From: Haliotis rubra
Lineage: Eukaryota
Direction: 5' to 3'
NCBI RefSeq assembly: GCF_003918875.1
Contig: NW_025767593.1
Coordinates: forward strand, 248,001 to 312,000
Length of the DNA stretch: 64,000 bases
The stretch's first letter is position 1; each line of letters opens with the position of its first letter. This document shows, piece by piece, positions 24,061-35,053 of this stretch. Made by a program: the position numbers and the translations under genes. The notes under the pieces are model-generated. The model did no database searches, was not told the origin of the DNA, and worked only from the letters and a program-made list of their open reading frames with translations.

Positions 24061-24482
24061 ACTGTTGTTTTACTGAGTCCGCATTTCACGTGCATTCCGT
24101 ACCGTTGCATTGTATATCTCCACAAATGTTAATAAAGCATTCAGAAAAATACTCTGTTTTCTTAATTCACAGAATTATAAGTCTGTGAAGTGGGTGATGC
24201 TTAATTAATTTCCATATGTATATTAACGTCTTGGAATCTAATGGCTGTTAAATGCGTCCCCGTCCCTTAGTAATAACAGACATACGAGTGCCCTGTCCTG
24301 TGACCTGTGTGATGAGGGTGCATGTCAGGCTATTACTGGTGAGTGGGATGGAGTGTTTCACAATACGACTCACTTACCAGTGTGTGAAGCACTCCATTTC
24401 AGTCACCAATAGTAGCCAAACAAGTACCTCCGTGGCAAGAGGCACGGGTCGCACCAAGTAATACGACTCACTTACCAGTGTG

Positions 24483-25003
24483 AAACACGCCATCTCAAAC
24501 ATTGATGCACATGCACTTCCATGACACAGAAACACGCCATCTCAATCATTGATGCACATGCACTTCCATGACACAGAAACACGCCATCTCAATCATTGAT
24601 GCACATGCACTTCCATGACACAGAAACACGCCATCTCAATCATAGATGCACATGCACTTCCATGACACAGAAACACGCCATCTCAATCATTGATGCACAT
24701 GCACTTCCATGACACAGAAACACGCCATCTCAATCATAGATGCACATGCACTTTCATGACACAGAAACACGCCATCTCAATCATTGATGCACATGCACTT
24801 CCATGACACAGAAACACGCCATCTCAATCATAGATGCACATGCACTTCCATGACACAGAAACACGCCATCTCAATCATTGATGCACATGCACTTCCATGA
24901 CACAGAAACACGCCATCTCAATCATTGATGCACATGCACTTCCATGACACAGAAACACGCCATCTCAATCATTGATGCACATGCACTTCCATGACACAGA
25001 ACA
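24483..25003 (+). repeat. 47-bp minisatellite (AAACACGCCATCTCAATCATTGATGCACATGCACTTCCATGACACAG)n, ~11 units
   Basis: Near-perfect direct repeats. Confidence 0.96.
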
Positions 25004-25533
25004 CAGACAGCTCAGTCATACTCAGTTCAGTTCCAAAAAATGGAGTTGTGTTTAGCTTTAAAATCAGTCAACACGATGCATATGCTTGATTACCCTTACG
25101 TTCTTTTGAAAGGGACAGCTAGTTGCGTTATTTCAACCACATTCAAGGCTACAGCCACGGGCCACTTTAAACGTAATCGTTTCCTTTATTTAAACATATT
25201 AACATGATCTGGTCTTTTCCAGCCACAAAATATACGCGAGCACAGAGTCACGAAAATACAGCCACAAACAACATTACAAGTGACCACAGAAGTGATCGTT
25301 TCCTTTATTTAAAATATATTTATCACAATCATTCTGTCAGTGCACTTTCTGTAAAACACATTAAAATGCATGCCGAAAGGTTCATCTACAACTGGGTGTC
25401 CAACATTACCGGATCCTTTTTTCATGCATAAATACATGGGCACGTAAAGTAACATAAATCACACTTGTTTAAACTGGTTACATAACATCGGGATTCGGTG
25501 GCGCGGATGGTCACGTGACTGCATTCAATTATT

Positions 25534-26982
25534 CTAGCACCAGCCAGGACTCCAGGCACCGTTAAAGTTGGCCGGGTTAGATTGAGGATCAGAGGGTGGA
25601 TCCATCGCAGGCACCCGTGTCGCATTCTTCAGGGCCAGCATCTGCAGAAGGAAGTTGACGAGGGTGGGGTTGTCCTTGGATATGTCATGGTGCTCCGTGG
25701 GGTCGGCGCTGATGTTGAAGAGCATGACACTGTCATGGGGAGAGTCGTCCACTACGGAGAAGTCTAAGTCAGAACCAGCAGGGGGGTACCACCCTGCGTA
25801 CCCAGGGTTACCAACGATCAACTTCAGGTCTCCCCATCTGAGAGCTGCGGCGTATTTGTTGTCGTAGATGTTGTAGACAAATTCATTTCTTACGCTGCTG
25901 CCTCCATTCAGGATCATGTCGACTTGACTCATCCCGTCGATATCCAGTTGACTGGAGTCTCCCCCAGCTATGTCCAGTAACGTAGGGTACCAGTCCACGG
26001 CATGGATCATCCCAGGGTGAGTGTAGCCTCTCTTCTTCAGCAGAGTCTTACTGTAGACGAAACCAGCTCCTCGGGTGCCTCCCTCCCATAATGTGCCTTT
26101 CCCACCCCTCAGAGGCCAGTTATTACCACCATCATAGGGTAGACCACCATTGTCTGTTGTAAACACAAGAAGCAGATTGTCCATGAATCCAAGGTCCTCC
26201 AGGACAGTGGTGATGTTGTACACAGCATCGTCCAAAGCACTCACCATCCCACTGTAAACCATCCTATCCAAATCATGAATGTGGCTGTAGCGATCGGAAT
26301 ATTTAGCAGGCACCTGCAGGGGTCCATGTACAGCTTGAAACGGCAGGTACAGATACATGGGCTTGGATTTGTTGTGGTTCATTATGATATCGATGGCTCT
26401 TTTCACATATATGTACATCGAGTATTCCCCTTGTGCGTCTTTGTAGACATCTGTCATGTTCCTGAAGTCAATTCCATAGTAATCAGCAAGCCTGTACCTG
26501 TCATGAGTGAAATAGTCCACCATACCTGCGTAGAAGCCCATGAAGGTGTCGAAGCCTCTGTAGGTGGGAGTGTACTTCCAGTTACAGAAGCCGAGGTGCC
26601 ACTTGCCAACCATGTGGGTATCATAGCCCAACGTCTTCAGCCTCTGTGGGATGGTGATTATGTCCACCGGCATGTACTTGGGCTGCTCTATGAAGACCAC
26701 ACGATCCTGGAGCCCCGTGTGGTAGGGGAACTTGCCCGACATGAAGCAGTTTCTTGAGGGGGAACACAGCGGCTGGACGTAGGAGGAGTTGAGGATGACG
26801 CCGTCACGGGCGAGGCGATCAAGTGTCGGCGTCTGGATGTCCGGGTTGATCCAGCCAACGTCATTCCAGCCAAGGTCATCTGCCACCATGAAGACGATGT
26901 GTGGTTTGTCAGCAGCAACAGCAGTGCTGGTGAAACACGAGACTACTACAGCAGCGAGAACAGCGTAAAGCGTCATGGCCAT
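25534..26982 (-). CDS. Arylsulfatase B-like sulfatase, copy 2 (482 aa, intronless)
   Basis: Intact ORF with the same motifs as copy 1. Candidate AATAAA (minus strand) at 25304-25309. Confidence 0.95.
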   Translation of the reverse strand: MAMTLYAVLAAVVVSCFTSTAVAADKPHIVFMVADDLGWNDVGWINPDIQTPTLDRLARDGVILNSSYVQPLCSPSRNCFMSGKFPYHTGLQDRVVFIEQPKYMPVDIITIPQRLKTLGYDTHMVGKWHLGFCNWKYTPTYRGFDTFMGFYAGMVDYFTHDRYRLADYYGIDFRNMTDVYKDAQGEYSMYIYVKRAIDIIMNHNKSKPMYLYLPFQAVHGPLQVPAKYSDRYSHIHDLDRMVYSGMVSALDDAVYNITTVLEDLGFMDNLLLVFTTDNGGLPYDGGNNWPLRGGKGTLWEGGTRGAGFVYSKTLLKKRGYTHPGMIHAVDWYPTLLDIAGGDSSQLDIDGMSQVDMILNGGSSVRNEFVYNIYDNKYAAALRWGDLKLIVGNPGYAGWYPPAGSDLDFSVVDDSPHDSVMLFNISADPTEHHDISKDNPTLVNFLLQMLALKNATRVPAMDPPSDPQSNPANFNGAWSPGWC

Positions 26983-27290
26983 GAAGCAATCCCTGTATAT
27001 GTAACGAGATTGTAGCTAACGCGAGGACATGTATATCTTATCAGATCACGTGCAAGGCTACATTCTAATCCTGAACAATTTTACATAGACGTCATATTTC
27101 ATGTTAGGTATTTCAAGTATTTCCAGACATACCAATCTTTCTGTCCCTCTCCCAGCTAGAAATGACCTGCACCAATTTGTCATCAATAAAAGGTTCAGGA
27201 ACAGCTCACTTCCGGTTTAACAGTGCGTCGTCGTCAGCGCTGACTAAATATCGCTGAGTGCAACAAACAATAAGTTTGATTATAGGGTTA

Positions 27291-27886
27291 GTTACCATAA
27301 GGTTGGTGTGCACCAGATGTTACCATAAGGTTGGTGTGCACCAGATGTTACCATAAGGTTGGTGTGGACCAGATGTTACCATAAGGTTGGAGTGCACCAG
27401 ATGTTACCATAAGGTTGGAGTGCACCAGATGTTACCATAAGGTTGGAGTGCACCAGATGTTACCATAAGGTTGGAGTGCACCAGATGTTACCATAAGGTT
27501 GGAGTGCACCAGATGTTACCATAAGGTTGAAGTGCACCAGATGTTACCATAAGGTTGGTGTGCACCAGATGTTACCATAAAGTTGGTGGGCACCAGATGT
27601 TACCATAAGGTTGGTGTGCACCAGATGTTACCATAAAGTTGGTGGGCACCAGATGTTACCATAAGGTTGGAGTGCACCAGATGTTGCCATAGGTTGGAGT
27701 GCACCAGATGTTACCATAAGGTTGGAGTGCACCAGATGTTACCATAAGGTTGGAGTGCACCAGATGTTACCATAAGGTTGGTGTGCACCAGATGTTACCA
27801 CCAGTGCAAGGTGCTACCATAAGGTTGGAGTGCACCAGATGTTACCATAAGGTTGGAGTGCACCAGATGTTACCATAAGGTTGGTG
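27291..27886 (+). repeat. 28-bp minisatellite (GTTACCATAAGGTTGGAGTGCACCAGAT)n, ~21 units
   Basis: Near-perfect direct repeats ~300 bp upstream of sulfatase 2. Confidence 0.96.
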
Positions 27887-28682
27887 CGTCACTATTTATT
27901 TCTCTGTTACCGTTGTATCGCTGATGACATCAGCTTGGCCTCACAGCTGGGCAGATCCATGTTGGCAACAAAGGTACTGTAAGTCCCCATGGTCCCCAGT
28001 CTGGTGATCTGCTTTCAGTTGTTGGCGATCTATAGCCCGTTTTAATATCTCAAACTGTGATATTCTAGTTATTTTACTGTTTACTGTTTATATTCAAATA
28101 TTATCCATTGCTAATGGCTGAAATATAGACGATGTGACTATAAATTTTAACTCTGTCACACACTCACAGTTGGTCGGAACTCCTGAGGAACCTACAGTGG
28201 CCAAGAACATTCCTCATTCTTTGTATGCAAAGTCTTCCATTCACAGAACTGCTGCATACACATGCTGCATTGTGCTTTATGGAGCAGGTAACTCTGATGT
28301 GTTTGCATTCCCTGAATATGTCCTGTATTGTGAGAGAGAAGGCGCCGATAAGAAACTCTTGAGATATTCTAGTACTGGGGTCAAAAATTCCTTTTAAACA
28401 TAATTGTTTTTCAATCGGTGTCATAAATCATATTATGGTTACATTTTTCTCATGGCATAAATGGGAACAGGGTGTTTGGGGAACTGTATATTTCTCACAG
28501 AGTGGATGTGAGCCTTCATAAGACCAGTACAGAAGTTTCCTGAAGAGGACATTAAACTGCTATATAATTGTGCATGGGGACTTAAATGCCAGAACTGACA
28601 GTGGCTGCTGTTGTGGCTCTATTGACAATGACGATGTAACATCATCCCGTCATTGACGATATGCAATATGTCCAAAACAGTG

Positions 28683-28860
28683 GACCCGTGAAGATCCCGG
28701 TTAGAATTGATCTTCAGTAACCCGTGCTTGTCGTAGGAGGCGACTAACGGGATCGGGAGGTCAGACTCGCTGACTTGGTTGTCATCGTATCTCAGTTGCG
28801 TAGATCGACGCTCATGCTGTTGATCACTGTATTGTCTGGTGCAGACTCGATAATTTACAA
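28683..28860 (+). mobile_element. Structured-head SINE-like element, 3'-truncated copy
   Basis: Begins GACCCGTGAAGATCCC and is homologous to 43053-43315. Confidence 0.85.
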
Positions 28861-29249
28861 GACAAATCAAGAAAGTGCCATCCCCAGATGTTCACTTGGT
28901 AGAGTAATCACTGGAATTACGGCTATCCACAAAACGTCCAGTACTGATGATGATTATTTGCCACCATAGTGTGAGTGAGTGAAAACAAAAGGAGGGAATA
29001 TAGAGATTTATGAAATGATGTTTCATCTATAAATAAAGACTTGTTGGATCATTGTTTAAACATTATAAAATATGTAAACATAGCACATAATGATGAAGCG
29101 TGTGTCGACGGTTTTATGAATCCTCCAAAATGTCGTCTCTTTCTGGTATGTAATCCCAAACACTCGAATGGAAATTGAGATATCAGGACTCTGATAAATT
29201 GCATGTAAAGGTACTATTACATATATCTTTTAGGTCAAAATGTTGTAAT

Positions 29250-29990
29250 ATACTCAAAGGCAAAAGTTATTGTGACATATAAACAATAAACAGAATCAGT
29301 GTTAAACATTTACTGTCGATGATTAAATGTTATTATACGGATATACAAAGATTCCAAGGTAATGATCAACAGGCTATTAGACGTTGATGAAAGTGGTGGT
29401 CATTACATGTCCGAGGATGTGGCAGAGAGTTCCTGCATCGTTGTTTCAAGATTCATCCCAGACGTGTTCAACGGTTGATAAATCAGGGGCTCTTGCAGAT
29501 CACTGAAACACAATAATATTTCTGTTGTACTGCTGTACAACAACAGGTGTGCTGGCTTTATCTTGTAACGTCAATCGAGGGCCGTTCTGTTGAGAAAACG
29601 GTAAAGCGGTCATTTGTCAAATCTCGTCTCGGTACCTCATGGTATCAAGTTCCAACCAAGATCATAAGACCGAAACCTCCAAAAGCATCCTCTTCCAAGA
29701 ACGTTCACATGTGCGGCTGTAGACACGTGTCCTGCCGTGTTCTGGCAGGTTGTTGTGCATTATGGTACGGACTGTACGGGCTGCTGGCTGGCACCTGTGT
29801 CGGAGGTGCATGGTTTGAATCCGTCGGTCTGCACGTGAGGTCGTTACTAGTTTGCGGCCAATATAGTGACGGTTTATTACTTGAAAACGTCGTCATACGT
29901 GCCAAATGATGTTTGCATCGACGGGCACAAAGCATAGCACTCCATCTATTTTCTCGTGGCTTGTCGGACTGGTTCAATAACTTTGGTAAA
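29250..29990 (-). mobile_element. Degenerate Tc1-like element
   Basis: Minus-strand PDLSTVEHVW motif at ~29460-29490. Possible TIR remnants CAAAAGTTATTG / CAATAACTTTGG. Confidence 0.5.
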
Positions 29991-30073
29991 TGTGTTTCTT
30001 CATACTTTTGCACTTCTTAAGACTGCACACCCAGTTAAGGCCTATTTGGGAAAGTTAAACATATCTGCAGTTA

Positions 30074-31382
30074 CACTCATGTGCCATATTAAATGTAATT
30101 TTCGCTAACTCTGATGAGATGTAAATAAAGTTTGATTTCAAAATAATGCCTTAAGCCACTTACCTTATATTTTCAGTATTTAGTAATACAGCCATTTACT
30201 GCAAGTACAGCCCTCATTCGCTTAGGTAGAATAGAATACAGTGATTTTATGTACTCTGGAGTAAGTGATGGCCAGATACCTTGAACGTGATCTATCAGAT
30301 CCTGCTTGGTTTTTATTTCATGTAACTGTCTTTATAGTCTGATTTTCAGAGTTCTCCGTACATTTTCAATGATATTACAGCCTGGGGACTGAGGTGGCCA
30401 ATTCATTGTCTGAATGTCATTGTCACGTTTCCACTGAATTGTCTGTCTAGAAACATGGACAGGACAATTGTCCTCTTGAAATATATAGCCACGATATGCT
30501 GGAACATTGGCTATTACCGGCCAAAGGTTGCTGTCCAGTATATCTATATACTTTGTAGAGTTGATATGACCATCTACATCGACAAGGGTGCCAACACCTT
30601 CAAAACAAATACACCCCCAGAACATCACACTGAGACGTGGGGCATTTTTATCCCTGTACACTTTTCTTCATTAGTCCTCCAAACATAAACTTTCTGATCT
30701 TTTCCTACAACAACTTGAGTCTTATCTGAAAATTTTACCCTAGACCAATCTCTATTTACATTCCATCTCAAATGTGTTCTGGCAAAGGCTCTTCTCTTGA
30801 ACCTGTTTTGAGTCACAACTCTTCTATGAAAACCATTTTCATGAAGACGCCTTTGTATTGTCCTCCTGGATAGTCTTACTTGAGATGTCTGGTTCCAAAG
30901 TGAAGGTATATCCTGAAGAGACTTCCTCCTATTACACGTAACGATCTTCAATAAAGCCCTATAGTATCTCTGTCAGTTGATTTTCTTCTCCTGCCACTTC
31001 GCTGACAATTTTCTGTATTTCCTCCTGGAGAAAACCTCTTCAGAAATGTACAGACAGTAAACCTATTAATTCCAGTTATTTTACCCATTTCACTTCCACT
31101 CTTGCCTTCTGAATTCAAACTTAATATGAGCTTTTTTTGATAGGCAGTAAGATCTTCCCTCTAGGTGCCATGACACTTTGAGCAGACGTCATGCTAAGCA
31201 CTTGAGAGTTATTCCCCTTTTGTTTACAAAATGTAACAGGTGTTAAGTCAAATGTGTACCCTCTAAAATTTCATACCCTATAAATATTGCTAAGATGAAA
31301 TAAACTTTCATTTAAAAGAACCAGCTACTGCTGGCAAGAATCACAGCGGCCATTTTCTGAACTTTAATATGGCACATGAGTG
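30074..31382 (-). mobile_element. Complete but decayed Tc1 transposon (1.3 kb)
   Basis: Perfect 20-bp TIRs CACTCATGTGCCATATTAAA (30074-30093 / 31363-31382) flanked by TA. Transposase fragments SRRTIQRRLHENG, VKFSD, VMFWGC, FQEDNCPVH and WPPQSPGCNIIEN. Confidence 0.92.
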
Positions 31383-32530
31383 TAGGTAAATATTACCGTC
31401 ATTGTCTTAATTGCTACAACCACTGAGTTCGAGTTATACTGTCTCAGAATTTGTCCTCCCACTCCATTGTGTACTGACACTGTGATGCCTTGGTAGTGAT
31501 TTGTCACACCACGCCCTTTGCATGGGCGAATTTAATTTCTGAACAATCCTTCAATCTCCTACATTTCATTATTATCTTATGATACATTTTGCCTAGACTC
31601 CTATTCCAGTAGGCGGTAGCTCATCGGCCCATTATTGTCCTCCGCATTCCATCTGTCAGCAGGTAACTGTCAAGAGCGGAACCAGCCTAACGTTTACTCC
31701 GTGTTGTACACTAATAGCTACCTGGAGTACAGTATCCTGTAGCCTTGGAATTTGTAGTTGGCTTCTGCTACTTTTATTGTTGACACTGGATGTCGAATAA
31801 TTTTCTGACATTATATTCCAACGAGGAATCTGTTCAAATGTTTTATTCATGGTCACGATTTCTGACCCATGGTCCCTAGCATGGTGATCTATCTTCGGTT
31901 GTTGGCAACCTTTTGCCCATTTATATATTGTATTGTTCCATTTAATAATAACATTTTATGATAGCATGCTAGTTTTTACTTTAATATCTGTGATATACTA
32001 GTAGTTTTACTGTTCTTCGACAACAGACTTTTCATTTCTAATTGTATTGATCTATAATATAACAATATATTGTTCCCGTCACGATATGGCTGAAATATTG
32101 CCGATGTGACGATAAATGTTAAAGTCAAACCCAAATCTATTGAAGAAATATGTGGTGCAGAGACCATAGTTTCTGCTCCGGTCCCCTGCTTGTGGAAAGA
32201 GACAACAATATGAAAGTCTTTTAAACGCTTATAATTTGGAAATAATGTTGTCTCCGTGCACAAAATCTCAATTCATGTGTTGGCTTTACCCGTGGTGGCG
32301 CAAAGTGCCCCTCAGACATGGCTTTAGAGGAAATGAAACCCCAATGTTTATTCACTGTTAAACGTTTTACGTTGAAAAATGGTGACGACATCATAAACAC
32401 CAATACATTTGTCTTCTCTAAGATCCCTTTATCTATCAAACGCCGGGTATTTTAACATGAGTTAATGTGTATATTACCTACTCAACTCCGTAGTTTTAAC
32501 TGTCATCGAGTCGACATGGGGCAAAGTATT

Positions 32531-32656
32531 GCCATAACACACAAACGTGTCCCGCTGCATCTGCACAGATCATATCAAATGTGCATAGTGTTGCCATAAC
32601 ACACAAACGTGTCCCGCTGCATCTGCACAGATCATATCAAATGTGCATAGTGTTGC
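32531..32656 (+). repeat. 62-bp direct tandem duplication
   Basis: GCCATAACACACAAACGTGTCCCGCTGCATC... occurs at 32531 and 32593. Confidence 0.9.
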
Positions 32657-33604
32657 CGCGAGGGGGCTCAACCCAACAAGAGTACTAAAGTCTGTACTTT
32701 ACTGGGGAAATGTAAACCTAACTAGAACATGCGTTAAGAGTATAGTCAGTCCTAGAGCAACTACAGCACTCATAAAGCTGTATTTACTGGTGGATCCAAG
32801 GCAGGTAAGACAGTAGCTTGTGCCACTGTCACTTCATTCAGAGATATATCATCATCATTGCCAAATGGTAGTTCAAACTTTACAGCAAAAGCTATATTAA
32901 CAGACAGCTTCTCAATATATAAAAACTGGTTATAAACATAAACAATTTATTATATTATTTGGCAAGTGGTCTTGCCACTTGCAATCGAAATTCTGCATAT
33001 GACATAGTTTTCTGTTGGTTACCCGCCATGTTGGAATTACTGGTAACACAATGGTTGAAACTGCGACACCACTTCTTATTCCTTACAATGAAATAAACCG
33101 GTGTTTTGAATTTACATCCGTGATCTAACGAAAAGTGGGTCGCCCAAGCACATGACCTTGAACAAATTACCATGTATGCCCGGTGCACGGCTGTACACCG
33201 CCGAAGTGGGGTATAAGTCTTTGCGAGGGAGAATAAATCATTTATACCCCGCCCAATGCAACAACACATGCATCCATGACAGTCAGTAAGCCATGAACCA
33301 GTGGTTTGGATCGACTGGGCATTGCTTACAGAAAGACGCATAAATCTTGTTTGGCAGGGAGGCAGCAGTTCCAAAGATGTCGTGGTAGGATCTCTACGTT
33401 TGTGAGATGCAGTGATCATATATTTTAAGAAACAGAGTTATTGTTGATGAAAACACTTCTGGCAATGTTCAGAACATTCAAGACCTTTAATTGACGATTT
33501 ATTTTTCATATTCATCATATCTTTATATCAATGTGCCAAATTTGCTATGTTAGTAATGCGTCATACTAATCTACAAAACAATTGGCCAACTCTCTTACAC
33601 AACC

Positions 33605-35053
33605 CTAGCACCAGCCGGGGCTCCAGGCACCGTTGAAGTTAACCGGGTTAGATCGAGGGTCAGAAGGTGGATCCATCGCAGGCACCCGTGTCCCATTCTT
33701 CAGGGCCAGCATCTGCAGGAGAAAGTTGACGAGGATGGGGTTGTCCTTCGAGATGTCATGGTGCTCCGTGGGGTCAGCACTGATGTTGAACAGCATGACA
33801 CTTGGGAGGGGAGAGTTGTCCATCTCAGGGATGTCTATGTCTGACCCAGCGGGGGGGATCCACCCTGCATGCGAGATGTCACCAACCATCAACTTCAGAT
33901 CTCCCCATCTGAGGGCTGCGGCGTAGTGGTCGTCGTAGATGTTGTAGACAAATTCATTTCTTACGCTGCTGCCTCCGTTCAGGATCATGTCGACTTGACT
34001 CATTCCGTCGATATCCAGTTGACTGGAGTCTCCCCCAGCTATGTCCAGTAACGTAGGGTACCAGTCCACAGCATGGAACATCCCAGGGTGAGTGTAGCCT
34101 CTCTTCTTCAGCAGAGTCTTACTGTAGACGAAACCGGCTCCTCTGGTGCCTCCCTCCCATAATGTTGCTTTCCCGCCCCTTAGAGGCCAGTTATTAGCGC
34201 CATGGCTCGGAGGACCACCATTGTCTGTTGTAAACACGAGAAGCAGATTGTCCATGAATCCAAGGTTCTCCAGGACGGTGGTGATGTTGTACACAGCATC
34301 GTCCAAAGCACTCACCATACCACTATAAACCATCCTATTCAAATCATGAATGTGGCTGTAGCGATCGGAATATTTAGCAGGCACCTGCAGGGGTCCATGT
34401 ACAGCTTGAAACGGCAGGTACAGATACATGGGCTTGGATTTGTCGTGGTTCATTATGATATCGATGGCTCTCTTTACAAACACGTACGTTGAGTACTCCC
34501 CTTGTACGTCTTTGTAGACATCTGTCATGTTCCTGAAGTCATAGCCATAGTAATCAGCCACCTCGTCCCTGACATGAGTGAAATAGTCCTCCATACCTGC
34601 ATAGTAGCCCATGAAGGTGTCGAAGCCTCTGTAGGTGGGAGTGTACTTCCAGTTACAGAAGCCGAGGTGCCACTTGCCAACCATGTGGGTATCATAGCCC
34701 AGGGTCTTCAGCCTCTGTGGGATGGTGATCAGGTCCGCCGGCATGTATTTGGGTTGTTCTATGAAGACTACTTTATCCTGGAGTCCTGTGTGGTAGGGGA
34801 ACTTGCCCGACATGAAGCAGTTTCTTGAGGGGGAACACAGCGGCTGGACGTAGGAGGAGTTGAGGATGACGCCGTCACGGGCGAGGCGATCAAGTGTCGG
34901 CGTCTGGATGTCCGGGTTGATCCAGCCAACGTCATTCCAGCCAAGGTCATCTGCCACGATGAAGATGATGTGTGGTTTGTCAGCAGCAGTGCTAGACTTC
35001 AAACAGGAGGAAAAGGCTAGAAGCGCTAGAACAGCTGAAAACCGCATGGTCAT
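33605..35053 (-). CDS. Arylsulfatase B-like sulfatase, copy 3 (482 aa, intronless, divergent signal peptide)
   Basis: Intact ORF with all catalytic motifs. N-terminus MTMRFSAVLALLAFSSCLKSSTAA differs from the other four. Confidence 0.95.
   Translation of the reverse strand: MTMRFSAVLALLAFSSCLKSSTAADKPHIIFIVADDLGWNDVGWINPDIQTPTLDRLARDGVILNSSYVQPLCSPSRNCFMSGKFPYHTGLQDKVVFIEQPKYMPADLITIPQRLKTLGYDTHMVGKWHLGFCNWKYTPTYRGFDTFMGYYAGMEDYFTHVRDEVADYYGYDFRNMTDVYKDVQGEYSTYVFVKRAIDIIMNHDKSKPMYLYLPFQAVHGPLQVPAKYSDRYSHIHDLNRMVYSGMVSALDDAVYNITTVLENLGFMDNLLLVFTTDNGGPPSHGANNWPLRGGKATLWEGGTRGAGFVYSKTLLKKRGYTHPGMFHAVDWYPTLLDIAGGDSSQLDIDGMSQVDMILNGGSSVRNEFVYNIYDDHYAAALRWGDLKLMVGDISHAGWIPPAGSDIDIPEMDNSPLPSVMLFNISADPTEHHDISKDNPILVNFLLQMLALKNGTRVPAMDPPSDPRSNPVNFNGAWSPGWC

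Noticed and set aside
26275-26757. Conserved plus-strand ORFs overlapping each sulfatase (e.g. MNVAVAIGIF..., 160 aa)
   Set aside because: Antisense shadows of codon-biased paralogous CDS. They are interrupted at different places in different copies.
24483-27886. CRISPR-like appearance of the 47-bp and 28-bp arrays
   Set aside because: Units are head-to-tail with no unique spacers, there are no cas genes, and the context is eukaryotic.
32955-33100. Possible piggyBac C-terminal fragment (KKW...EFRLQVARPL)
   Set aside because: Too short and degenerate, and no TTAA/TIR was found.
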